NCBI GenBank assembly: GCA_050999295.1
Contig: JBPCPI010000089.1
Coordinates: 4,533 to 68,532, forward strand
From: Geodermatophilaceae bacterium
GTDB taxonomy: Bacteria; Actinomycetota; Actinomycetes; Mycobacteriales; Geodermatophilaceae
DNA: 64,000 nucleotides
Direction: 5' to 3'
In this document: piece by piece, positions 35,388 through 45,802 of the stretch
Layout of the letters: the number at the start of each line of letters is the position of its first letter
Position numbering within the stretch: the stretch's first letter is position 1
Made by a program: the position numbers and the translations under genes
Notes under the pieces: model-generated
Told to the model about the DNA's origin: nothing
Seen by the model: the letters and a program-made list of their open reading frames with translations, nothing else
The model's database searches: none

Positions 35388-36368
35388 TTGCCAGAACGCA
35401 AGATCAGCTTCAGCAAGGCCACGCTGGAAGCAATGATGGAGGAGATGGAGCGCGACCCGACCGTCTTTCTCATGGGAGAGGACATCGCCAAGCAGGGCGG
35501 CATTTTCGGCCAGTACAAGGGTCTCCCCGAGGCTTTCGGCTTGGAGCGCATCCGTGACTTCCCGATCAGCGAGGGCGTACTGATTTCCTCCTGCATAGGC
35601 GCAGCGTTGACCGGCACCCGGCCCGTCGCAGACATCCACTTCAGCGACTTTCTCACCTGCGCCATGGACGAGATGGTGAACCAGGCCGCCAAACTGCGCT
35701 TCATGACCGGTGGTCAGGCGAGCGTTCCCATGGTCGTCCGGGCACCTGAGGGAGCCGTGAAATCGGCTGCCGCACAGCATTCACAGAGCATCGAATCGTG
35801 GTTCATCCACACTCCGGGCTGGCGGGTGGTCTCACCGTCCAACGCTGCGGACGCCAAGGGCCTGCTCAAGACCGCGATCCGATGCGACGACCCGGTGCTG
35901 TACCTGGAACACAAGGCCCTCTACGCCGGGAAGGGTCCGGTACCCGAGGGCGAGCACCTCGTCCCGTTGGGACAAGCCAGGATCGCGCGCGAGGGTACCG
36001 ACGTCACGGTCATCAGCTGGTCGCTTATGGTGAATCGGGCCCTGGAGGCTGCCGAACGGCTGGCCGAGGAAGGCACCTCGGTCGAGGTGATCGATCTGCG
36101 CTCGCTGAGTCCGCTGGACATGGAGACCATCGAGACCTCCGTACGCAAGACCCACCGTGTCGTCGTGGCACACGAGGCAGCGCGCTCGTGCGGTCTAGGT
36201 GCGGAGATCTCCGCCCGGATAGTGGAGAGCTGCTTCGCAGACCTGCACGCACCCATCGTCCGGGTGGCGAACCCTGACCTTCCGATCGCGTTCTCTCCAG
36301 CTCTGGAAAAGCTGACCATCCCTCAGGTCGACGACATCCTCTCCGCTACTCGGAAGGCCGCAGCATGA
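35388..36368 (+). CDS. 2-oxoacid/acetoin dehydrogenase E1 beta subunit
   Basis: Transketolase-like Pyr and C-terminal domains (FLMGEDI, DFPISEG, APVVRV-type blocks). TTG start after GAGGAG. Confidence 0.88.
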   Translation: MPERKISFSKATLEAMMEEMERDPTVFLMGEDIAKQGGIFGQYKGLPEAFGLERIRDFPISEGVLISSCIGAALTGTRPVADIHFSDFLTCAMDEMVNQAAKLRFMTGGQASVPMVVRAPEGAVKSAAAQHSQSIESWFIHTPGWRVVSPSNAADAKGLLKTAIRCDDPVLYLEHKALYAGKGPVPEGEHLVPLGQARIAREGTDVTVISWSLMVNRALEAAERLAEEGTSVEVIDLRSLSPLDMETIETSVRKTHRVVVAHEAARSCGLGAEISARIVESCFADLHAPIVRVANPDLPIAFSPALEKLTIPQVDDILSATRKAAA

Positions 36369-36607
36369 GTCACGATGTCGTGATCCCGCAACTGGGTCTG
36401 ACCATGGAGACGGCTCTGCTGACGGTCTGGCACGTCAGCGAGGGTGACCAGGTGACAGCTGATCAGCTGATCGCCGACATCGCGACCGACAAGGTCGACC
36501 ACGAGCTCTTGGCGCCGGTGTCCGGAACGATCTCGGGCCTGCACGCGACCGATGACGAGGAGGAGTTGCCGGTGGGCACCGTCATCGCCCGGATCGAGCC
36601 GGCGTAG
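36365..36607 (+). CDS. stand-alone lipoyl-attachment domain protein (80 aa)
   Basis: VVIPQLGLTMETALLTVWHVSEGDQV...IADIATDKVDHELLAPVSG carries the lipoyl-Lys motif. It stops directly after the domain. ATGA overlap with E1 beta. Confidence 0.8.
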   Translation: MSHDVVIPQLGLTMETALLTVWHVSEGDQVTADQLIADIATDKVDHELLAPVSGTISGLHATDDEEELPVGTVIARIEPA

Positions 36608-36609
36608 GA

Positions 36610-37368
36610 GTGTCCGCGCCCGAGATGCGGCCGCAATGGGAGGGTCGCACCCTTGTCGTCACCGGGGGCGGCTCGGGGATCGGTGCAGCCGTCTGTCTGC
36701 AGGCCGCGACCAGAGGCGCAGCAGTCGTAGTCCTCGATGTCGACGCCGGGGCTGCGGCCCGGACTGCAGCGGAGTGCGGTCCCGGCGCGGTTCATACGCA
36801 GGTAGACGTCACTGACCCGCCGGCCATGTCCGCTGCGGTGCACCAGATCTGCACGAAAACTGGTGGTTCCGTGTGGGGACTGGTGACCTCGGCCGGCATC
36901 GTCAGCCCGCAGCCGATCGGGACGATCTCGCCTGACGAGGCGCGCCGGGTCCTGGCTGTCAACGTGATCGGAGTGATCAACTCCGTTCAGGCGGTCCTGC
37001 CATTCCTGTCGCGCGGCAGCGGGGTGGTCAACGTCTCTTCCGTTGCTGCGCACAGTGGCGGAGGGTTCTTCGGTGCATCGACCTACGCGGCCTCCAAGGC
37101 GGCCGTGATCGGTCTGACCCGCGGCGTGGCGCGTGAACTGGCAGGGACAGGAGTTCGCGTCAACTGCGTCGCGCCGGGGCCGGTGGATACCCCCATGCTG
37201 GAGACGGCCACACCGGCGGACCGATCACGAATCGAGGGGGCCGCGCTACTGGGCGCTCTCTCCACCCCCAAGGACATCGCCGCCGCCATCTGCTTCCTGC
37301 TCTCCGACGAGTCGGGGTCCATCACGGGGGAGACGGTCAACGTCAACGGCGGATCCTACTTCGGTTAG
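36610..37368 (+). CDS. SDR family oxidoreductase
   Basis: TGGGSGIG, NSVQ..., S...YAASKAA catalytic tetrad context. Start is GTG 36610 or ATG 36625. Confidence 0.88.
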   Translation: MSAPEMRPQWEGRTLVVTGGGSGIGAAVCLQAATRGAAVVVLDVDAGAAARTAAECGPGAVHTQVDVTDPPAMSAAVHQICTKTGGSVWGLVTSAGIVSPQPIGTISPDEARRVLAVNVIGVINSVQAVLPFLSRGSGVVNVSSVAAHSGGGFFGASTYAASKAAVIGLTRGVARELAGTGVRVNCVAPGPVDTPMLETATPADRSRIEGAALLGALSTPKDIAAAICFLLSDESGSITGETVNVNGGSYFG

Positions 37369-38708
37369 GTGCCCGTGCGACTGCCGCTGGTTGCCGCTAC
37401 CCGTTCCACTTCCCCGGACATGCCGTCGGTGAAGTCGTCGTCCTTGGTGTCTTTGAGCAGCGCAGTCGCGCCTAGGCAGACCAGCGCAATGACTATCACG
37501 TACACCGAGATTGACCACGACGATCCGGTTTGGGCCAGCAGAGCGGTGGCTATCAAGGGGCTGATGCCACCACCCAGGACACCACTGAAGCTCTGCGCGA
37601 ATGCCGCCCCGGAATAGCGGTAACGCACCCGGAACAGCTCGGGCAGGAATGCGCCCATCGGTCCATAGAGCACCGCGAAACACAGCACACCGACGACCAG
37701 CGCCAGCGTGATCAGCACTGGCTGGCCGGTCTCGAGCAGGGCGAACAGGGGGAAGGCCCACATGATTGCCAGGACGGCCGCAATCATTGCCATCCGCCGT
37801 CGACCCCAGCGATCTGACAAGGTCGCGAAGTAGAGCGTGGCCACCAACATCACGACGGCTGCAACCATTGTGGCTACGAGCATCGTGGTGCGGGACACGC
37901 CCACCGTCTCCGTCCCGTAGGACAGCGAGAACGTCATGATCGTGTAGTAGAGCGTGTAGGCCAAAATGAACGACAGCGTCCCCAGGATCAGCTCTCGGGG
38001 CTGCTTACGAACCAACTCGACGAACGGCACCCTGGACTGGTCCTGGGTGTTGAGGGCTGCCTGGAAAACCGGGGTTTCGGCAATCCGTGTCCGGATGTAG
38101 TAGCCGACCACCAGCAGCACCACCGAAAGCAGGAACGGAATCCTCCAGCCGTAGGCCTCGAAGTCCGCTGCCGACATCGTGGCGTTGAGCACGAGGAACA
38201 GCCCGTTGGCCATGATGAATGCGACGGCGGGACCGATCTGCGGGAATGCTGAGTAGAGCCCGCGCTTGCCCTTCGGCGCGTATTCGGTGGCCAGCAACAC
38301 CGCCCCGGCCCACTCACCACCCAATGCGAGACCCTGCAGGAACCGGAAGATGACCAGGAGCAGCGGGGCAGCGACCCCGATCGAGTCGTAACTGGGGATC
38401 AATCCGACAGCTACCGTCGCTACGCCCATCACCAGCAGCGAGACGATGAGTGTCGTCCTGCGGCCCAGCCGGTCGCCGTAATGACCGAAGACGACCGCGC
38501 CGATAGGACGTGCAGCGAAACCAACAGCGAAGGTCCCGAAGGCCGCGAGGGTGCCTGCCGTCGAGGAGAACTCAGGAAAGAACACCTTGCCGAAGACGAG
38601 CGCTGCCGCCGTGGCATAGATGTAGAAGTCGTAGTACTCGATCGTGGTGCCGATGAAGCTGGCGGTTGCGATCCTCCGGCGCGAGGGTGCGCTGGTCAGA
38701 TCGGACAT
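37365..38708 (-). CDS. MFS metabolite:H+ symporter (MHS family)
   Basis: FIGTTIEYYDFYIY, GHYGDRLGRR, 12 transmembrane segments. Confidence 0.85.
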   Translation of the reverse strand: MSDLTSAPSRRRIATASFIGTTIEYYDFYIYATAAALVFGKVFFPEFSSTAGTLAAFGTFAVGFAARPIGAVVFGHYGDRLGRRTTLIVSLLVMGVATVAVGLIPSYDSIGVAAPLLLVIFRFLQGLALGGEWAGAVLLATEYAPKGKRGLYSAFPQIGPAVAFIMANGLFLVLNATMSAADFEAYGWRIPFLLSVVLLVVGYYIRTRIAETPVFQAALNTQDQSRVPFVELVRKQPRELILGTLSFILAYTLYYTIMTFSLSYGTETVGVSRTTMLVATMVAAVVMLVATLYFATLSDRWGRRRMAMIAAVLAIMWAFPLFALLETGQPVLITLALVVGVLCFAVLYGPMGAFLPELFRVRYRYSGAAFAQSFSGVLGGGISPLIATALLAQTGSSWSISVYVIVIALVCLGATALLKDTKDDDFTDGMSGEVERVAATSGSRTGT

Positions 38709-38735
38709 GGGCGCTCCCTGAAGTGGATGGTAATG

Positions 38736-38751
38736 CCAATAATCCTATTGG
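38736..38751. promoter_or_regulatory. AT-rich palindrome CCAATA-N4-TATTGG upstream of the MHS transporter gene
   Basis: CCAATAATCCTATTGG lies 28 nt upstream of start codon 38708 in otherwise GC-rich DNA. Confidence 0.4.
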
Positions 38752-38864
38752 TATGACCGCAGTTGGCGTCAAGGTTCACCGCATTAACAGGCAGCCCCGC
38801 AGTGACCGCTCGAATAAGTCGCTCTGACCGGTTTCGTCACCGCCATCACCGGCTTCCTACGAGC

Positions 38865-39670
38865 TCACGGTGAGGTCCAGCCGAAGTGGTCCACGGGGCC
38901 ATGCCCCCGGCCGAGTTGCCATGGCGCGCCGCCCCCAATCGCCCGGGTCACGTATGCCTTGGCCTGCTGGAGAGCCTCGTACACATCAGCGCCCTGCGCC
39001 ATGGCGGCGGCCGTGGCCGAGGCGAAGGTGCACCCGCTGCCGTGGTTGTTGGCCGTGTCGACGCGCGGCGCCCGCAGTTCGTAGGTCGACACCCCGTCCC
39101 ACACGACGTCGACCGCCTCGTCGGCCGAGCCGAGCACCGCGTGCCCGCCCTTGACGACGACGACCGAAGGACCCAACGCCCCCAACGCGCGTGCTGCCTC
39201 GTGCTGGTCGGCGAGCGTACGGATCGCCGTACCGAGGAGCGCCTCGGCCTCACGGAGGTTGGGGGTCACCACGGACGCATGGGGAAGCAACGCCGCTACG
39301 TAGAGCCGCTCGGCCGGCGGATCGAGTAGCCGATCGCCACTGGAGGCGACCATCACCGGATCGACGACAAGGTTGGGCAACCGGCCCGCCGCGGCGAGGT
39401 CGGCGACCGCACGGACGATGCCGGCGGTCGCCAGCATGCCGGTCTTCACCGCGGCGACGGTGAGGTCGTCGAGCACCGCGTCGACCTGGGCGACCACGAA
39501 ATCGGCGGGCACCGGATGGACGGCGCGGACACCCCGCGTGTTCTGCGCGGTGAGCGCAGTGATGGCCGAGGCGCCGTAGACGCCGAAAGCGGCGAAGGCC
39601 TTGAGGTCGGCCTGGACGCCCGCCCCGCCGCTGGAGTCGGAGCCGGCGATCGTGAGCGCGACGGTCGGCG

Positions 39671-39674
<4 letters not shown>
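38865..39674 (-). CDS. thiD: hydroxymethylpyrimidine/phosphomethylpyrimidine kinase
   Basis: LTIAGSDSSGGAGVQADLK, VVDPVMV, GSGCTFASA. GTG 39674 (GGAGGG upstream) overlaps the upstream stop. Confidence 0.9.
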
Positions 39675-41260
<1,586 letters not shown>

Positions 41261-41264
41261 GTTG

Positions 41265-42371
41265 TCACCTCCGGAAGCGGTCTGCGGTGAATGGTGCCGC
41301 GAATGCGGGCAGGGTGCCGGCCACGAGCAGTTCGGCGATCGCCTCGCCGGTTACCGGCGCGAGCAGCACTCCGTTGCGGTAGTGCCCGGTCGCCAGGACC
41401 AGCCCCGGCAGCCCGGATGGTCCAAGCAGCGGCGCGTTGTCCGGCGTGCCTGGTCGCCACCGGGCGAGCGTCTCGGTCAACTCGAGCTCGGTGACGCCGG
41501 GAACCACCTCGATCGCATCGCTGAGCAGCTCGTGCACCGCGCCGGCAGTGACCGCCGCGTCGAAGCCCTTGTCCTCGACCGTGGCCCCGATGATCAATCC
41601 GTCCTTCGCGTACGGCACGAGGTAGACCGGCCGACCGCGCACGACGGCCCGGACCGTGCCGGTGAGCAGCCCGTCGGCCGCGCCCAGCCGCAGTATCTGT
41701 CCCTTGACCGGTCGGACGGGTAGGGCTGGAACACCGGGCAGCGACGCGCTCCAGGCGCCGAGTGCGAGCACGACGGCCCGGGCGGGCAGCTCGTCGCCGT
41801 CGGCCAACATGAGGCCCGTCGCCCGCCCGCCGGCACTGCGCAGGGCCTCGACCCGCGACCGGACAACGCGCACGCCGGCGGCCTGCGCTGCGCAGAGCAG
41901 TCCGGCGTGCAGTGCCCGACCATCGACGGAGTGGTCCCCCGCGATGTACGAGGCACCGCGCAACCGTGGGGTCAGGGACGGCTCGCGGCGCCGGGCCTCG
42001 CGCGGGGACAGGCGTTCGGCGGACAGCCCTAATTCTCGGTGAAACCCGTGCAGCACATCGAGTGCCCGAAGGTCATCGGCGTCGAACCCGACCACCAGCG
42101 TGCCGACCGACCGCAGACCGACGTCGATGCCACTGGCCCGCTCGACCTCCTCGACGAATGCGGGGAAGCGTGCGAGTGCTGCCCGGCACAGCTCGAGGAG
42201 CCGCTCCTCGCCGTACGCGGCCTCGCTCACCGGCGCCAGCATCCCGGCCGCGGCGTGTGAGGCTCCGGCGCCCGGGGCGTCGTCGACGACCGCCACGGAC
42301 ATCCCGCGCTGGGCGCACCGCCACGCGACGGTGAGCCCGATCAACCCAGCGCCGGTGACCGCGACGTCCAT
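41265..42371 (-). CDS. thiO: glycine oxidase
   Basis: VTGAGLIGLTVAW dinucleotide fold and DAO-family body. ATG 42371 overlaps the thiE stop. The track ORF is over-extended by about 300 codons. Confidence 0.88.
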   Translation of the reverse strand: MDVAVTGAGLIGLTVAWRCAQRGMSVAVVDDAPGAGASHAAAGMLAPVSEAAYGEERLLELCRAALARFPAFVEEVERASGIDVGLRSVGTLVVGFDADDLRALDVLHGFHRELGLSAERLSPREARRREPSLTPRLRGASYIAGDHSVDGRALHAGLLCAAQAAGVRVVRSRVEALRSAGGRATGLMLADGDELPARAVVLALGAWSASLPGVPALPVRPVKGQILRLGAADGLLTGTVRAVVRGRPVYLVPYAKDGLIIGATVEDKGFDAAVTAGAVHELLSDAIEVVPGVTELELTETLARWRPGTPDNAPLLGPSGLPGLVLATGHYRNGVLLAPVTGEAIAELLVAGTLPAFAAPFTADRFRR

Positions 42372-42997
42372 CACTGGTGGCCGTCCAGCGCGCGCACCAG
42401 CTGTCTCGTCGCGGCCGCGGGATCTTTCGCCGCGGAGACGGCGGCGACGACGGCGACGCCGCGTGCCCCGGCGGCCAACAGCTCCGGCACCCGCTCGGCA
42501 GTCACCCCGCCGATCGCGATGACCGGCACCGCCACCGCATCGGCCACGGCCGCGATGCCCCCCGGTCCCAGCGGAGCCGGCAGGCCGCTCTTGGTCGTGG
42601 TCAGGTACGCCGGCCCCACGCCGAGATAGTTCGCGCCCGCCACGACGAGCTTTCTGGCATGTTCCGGGTCGCGGGCCGTCCCGCCGATCACGTGTTGCGG
42701 CCCGGCCACCCGACGCACCGCGGAGACGGGGAGGTCCTCCGCGCCGAGGTGGGTGCCCTGCGCCCCGATCGCGCACGCCACGTCGACCCGATCGTTGACG
42801 ATGCAGGTCGTTCCCTGGGCCGAGCAGATTTCCATGACCCGGCGGGCGAACTCGTACAGCTCGAGATCGGTGCAGTCCTTGGCGCGCACCTGCACCACTC
42901 GAGCCCCGGCCCCGACCGCGGCGGCAACAACATCGAGCGCGTCGCGGCCTCCGCGCGCGTCGGTAATGAGGTGCAGTCCGTCCAGCACGCTGCTCAT
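42371..42997 (-). CDS. thiE: thiamine-phosphate synthase
   Basis: LHLITD, VVQVRAKD, VNDRVDVA, HLGAEDL, GVGPAYLTTTK, IGGV. Confidence 0.9.
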   Translation of the reverse strand: MSSVLDGLHLITDARGGRDALDVVAAAVGAGARVVQVRAKDCTDLELYEFARRVMEICSAQGTTCIVNDRVDVACAIGAQGTHLGAEDLPVSAVRRVAGPQHVIGGTARDPEHARKLVVAGANYLGVGPAYLTTTKSGLPAPLGPGGIAAVADAVAVPVIAIGGVTAERVPELLAAGARGVAVVAAVSAAKDPAAATRQLVRALDGHQ

Positions 42998-44346
42998 CGG
43001 ACCGCTGTTCGCTTGCGGTGCCGGCGTACGGCGGGCAGCCCGACAATCGCGGTGAGAACCATGGCGACGGCCAGGCTGACCAGGGAGGCCGACAGCCCGT
43101 TGCCGGGATCGATGCCGAGGTCTGCCTGACGCGCCGACCACCACGCGGTCCAACCGGCGCCGGGCCCGGCGAAGAAGGTCGGCAGGGTGAGCTGGTAGGC
43201 GGCGAAGCCGACGGCCCAGGGCAGCAGCAGCAGCGGTCTGGCCGGGGCCGCCTCCGAGACGTCCCAAGGTCCACGGGGCAGGACGTAATAGGCGACGATG
43301 AGTACGCCGACGAGCGGGACGAACACCGATCCGATCAGGAACAGGAACGGCTCGTAGGCCACGATGTCGAAGCTGAAGGCCAGCAGCGTCGCCACGGCAC
43401 CCACGGCCCCGGCGAGAATCCGGCGGTCAAGGCGCGCTGCGATGTTCTGACTGGAGACCGCGGTGGAGTAAATGTTGGCGAACGCCTCGTCCAGCTCGAT
43501 CACGACCAGCACGAGCAGGGCCAGCGCCCCCAGCGGCACAGCGAGCAGGGCATCGATCACGTCGAGGCCGCCCGTGCCGTAGGCCAGGAGCGCCAGCACG
43601 CCAAGGGTGAAGAAGGCGATGGTTGCCGTGCCGTAGCCGAGGGCCGCGCCGACTCCGGCGGTCCGCGCGTCGCGGGCATGGCGGGTGTAGTCGGCGGCGA
43701 GTGGTGCCCAGGACACGGGAAGGGCGATCACGACGTCCACCGCGGTCCAGAACGACATCGCGTTGCCGTCCCCCGTCGATTCGGGCAGCGGCTGGCGAAG
43801 CACCTGGACGTACAGGTAGATCATGGCGGCCAGGGCGACCCAGACCGCGTACCGGGCCACCAGGCGCACGACGCCCAACGGGCGCAGGGCCATGAGGGTG
43901 GCCAGTATTCCGGCAGCCACGACGAAGGGCCATCGCGGCGCGTCCAGGATGCGCGAGGCGGCCTCGGCGATCACCACGATCTCGAATGTGGCCCACCCCA
44001 GGCACTGGATGAGGTTCGCCACCGTCGGCAGGTACGACGCGCGGCGGCCGAGAAGGCCACGCAGCAGCACCATCGCCGGTGCACCCTCGCGGGCGCCCGG
44101 GGCCGCGGCAAGGCCGAGCAGGATGGCACCGATCGCGGCTCCCACGACGATAGCAAGCAGCGTCACCCCGAGAGGGCGGTTGGGCAGGACGACATAGACG
44201 GCGGCAACGGGCAGCAGCAGGCTGATCCCGAGGTTGCCCCAGAACGCGGTGGTGGACGCGACCCCGAGCGGCCGGGGCGGAGCCTGGTCGAGGGTCAGCG
44301 GCGCCTCGGAGACTTCGCGGCGGACAGATGGGACGACCTTGCTCAT
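42994..44346 (-). CDS. NCS1-family permease, putative hydroxymethylpyrimidine transporter (CytX-like)
   Basis: 12-TM cytosine/purine/thiamine permease pattern. It is the first gene after the TPP riboswitch. Confidence 0.75.
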   Translation of the reverse strand: MSKVVPSVRREVSEAPLTLDQAPPRPLGVASTTAFWGNLGISLLLPVAAVYVVLPNRPLGVTLLAIVVGAAIGAILLGLAAAPGAREGAPAMVLLRGLLGRRASYLPTVANLIQCLGWATFEIVVIAEAASRILDAPRWPFVVAAGILATLMALRPLGVVRLVARYAVWVALAAMIYLYVQVLRQPLPESTGDGNAMSFWTAVDVVIALPVSWAPLAADYTRHARDARTAGVGAALGYGTATIAFFTLGVLALLAYGTGGLDVIDALLAVPLGALALLVLVVIELDEAFANIYSTAVSSQNIAARLDRRILAGAVGAVATLLAFSFDIVAYEPFLFLIGSVFVPLVGVLIVAYYVLPRGPWDVSEAAPARPLLLLPWAVGFAAYQLTLPTFFAGPGAGWTAWWSARQADLGIDPGNGLSASLVSLAVAMVLTAIVGLPAVRRHRKRTAVR

Positions 44347-44351
44347 GTGCG

Positions 44352-44431
44352 CTCCCTACGCCGGTATTACCCGGTCAGGTTCCAACGGTCGGCGGCATGT
44401 GTAGCCGCCCTCTCAGCCCGGTACCTCCGAG
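44352..44431 (-). promoter_or_regulatory. TPP (THI-box) riboswitch
   Basis: The minus strand reads CUCGGAGGUACCGGGCUGAGAGGGCGGCUACACAUGCCGCCGACCGUUGGAACCUGACCGGGUAAUACCGGCGUAGGGAG, with CUGAGA, ACCUGA and GCGUAGGGA boxes. It ends 5 nt before ATG 44346. Confidence 0.9.
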
Positions 44432-44481
44432 CTCCCGTAATGCGCCAATCAGACTACGCCTGCCTCGTTACACTCGCCGCC

Positions 44482-45099
44482 GTGCCGGTCGCCGACCTTC
44501 CGCTGCGCCATCCGGCCGCCTGGTCACGAGCGACGCGACACCCGTTCCTCGCCGCGGTCCGCGCCGGCACGGTGCCGGATGCCGCATTCGACGGGTGGCT
44601 CGTGCAGGACTACCGGTTCGTCTGCGACCTGCTGTGGTTCCAGGGACGGCTGCTGAGCAGGGCGCCGCGACATGCGCAGGAAGTTCTCGCCGACGGCGCC
44701 GTGGCGCTCGTCGATGAGCTTGCCTGGTTCGAGCGGCGGGCGGCGGCGCGCCGCCTGGACCTTGACGCCGGTTCGCGGACTGCTACCGCTGCTTATGCGG
44801 CGTTGCTCCGGCGTCTTGACGGTGCCCACGTCGCCGTCGCCCTCGTCGGACTGTGGGCACTCGAGCGCGTCTACCTGGACGCGTGGACCTACGCCTGCCC
44901 CGGTGCCCCGGAGTACCGCGAGTTTGTCGAGCACTGGACGACCCCAGAGTTCGCCGCCTATGTCGCGGAGCTTCAGCGGAGCGCCGACGCCGCGGTCGGA
45001 ACCGCTGAGGATGGCCAGCACGTCGAGGCCATCTTTCTGGAGGTCGTCGCGGCGGAGTCCGGCTTCTGGGACATGGCGTGGCCAGGCCGGGCGCGGTGA
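44482..45099 (+). CDS. tenA: TenA-family protein lacking the active-site Cys (TenA_E-like)
   Basis: HPFLAAVRAGTVP...WLVQDYRFV is the heme-oxygenase-like TenA pattern. GTG 44482. No PC..Y motif. Confidence 0.75.
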   Translation: MPVADLPLRHPAAWSRATRHPFLAAVRAGTVPDAAFDGWLVQDYRFVCDLLWFQGRLLSRAPRHAQEVLADGAVALVDELAWFERRAAARRLDLDAGSRTATAAYAALLRRLDGAHVAVALVGLWALERVYLDAWTYACPGAPEYREFVEHWTTPEFAAYVAELQRSADAAVGTAEDGQHVEAIFLEVVAAESGFWDMAWPGRAR

Positions 45100-45716
45100 G
45101 CCTGGCGCGGCGGCTGTGGGAGGACAACGCCGATCTCGCCGCGGCGGCGCTCGCCCACCCGTTCGTCCGCGGTCTGGCCGACGGAACGCTGCCCCGCGCC
45201 GTCTTCGCCGGCTACGTCGCTCAGGACAGCTTCTTCCTCGAGTCCTTCGCCCGGGCGTACGCGCTCGCACTCGCCCACAGTCCTGATCGCGCGTCCCTCG
45301 ACGACTTCGCCGATCTGTTGACCGGCGTCGGTGAAGAACTCCGGCTCCATGCCTCCTACGCGCAGCGGTGGGACATTGACCTGCCGACCGTCACGCCGAC
45401 GGCTGCGACGCTGGCCTACACCGACTTTCTGCTGGCGACTGCCTCGCTCTGCGGCGTGGGGCTGACGTGCGCCGCGATGACACCCTGCATGCGGCTCTAC
45501 GCCTACCTCGGTCAGTCGCTCGGCGCGGACTCCAGTGACCACGACTATGCCGAATGGGCCACCACGTACGGCGATCCGGCCTTCGAGGAGCTTGCGGCCA
45601 GGCTGGAACGCCTGCTCGACGCGCACGCGGCGGACAGCGAGCCTGTGCGCAACACCTATCGGCGGGCGATGCAGCTTGAGGTCGGATTCTTCGACGCGGC
45701 CTACCGCGGCGCTTGA
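45096..45716 (+). CDS. tenA: aminopyrimidine aminohydrolase (thiaminase II), Cys-type
   Basis: HPFVRGLADGTLP...YVAQDSFFL and MTPCMRLYAYLG (catalytic Cys context). GTGA overlap with the upstream tenA. Confidence 0.8.
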   Translation: MSLARRLWEDNADLAAAALAHPFVRGLADGTLPRAVFAGYVAQDSFFLESFARAYALALAHSPDRASLDDFADLLTGVGEELRLHASYAQRWDIDLPTVTPTAATLAYTDFLLATASLCGVGLTCAAMTPCMRLYAYLGQSLGADSSDHDYAEWATTYGDPAFEELAARLERLLDAHAADSEPVRNTYRRAMQLEVGFFDAAYRGA

Positions 45717-45802
45717 CCGACTCCTGCGATCGAACTGTTCCGCGGCAACAACCATTACGACGACCGACTATGACAACCGAGGTTAGCTCTAGGGCAGCGT
45801 TG

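Noticed and set aside
34716-35780. Minus-strand 354-aa ORF across the E1 alpha/beta junction; likewise 3401-4645 (414 aa) opposite the second peptidase
   Set aside because: They are antisense to genes with strong motifs, and their translations are Arg/Gly/Pro-rich without domains.
42372-43274. About 300-codon N-terminal extension of the thiO ORF (669 aa in the track)
   Set aside because: It overlaps thiE and the permease in another frame and is Arg/Gly/Pro-rich. The FAD-binding fold begins at ATG 42371, which overlaps the thiE stop.
43018-44481. First about 490 codons of a 693-aa plus-strand ORF
   Set aside because: It is antisense to the NCS1 permease and to the riboswitch, with an Arg/Gly/Asp-rich low-complexity translation. 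Only the last about 205 aa (TenA) look like a protein.
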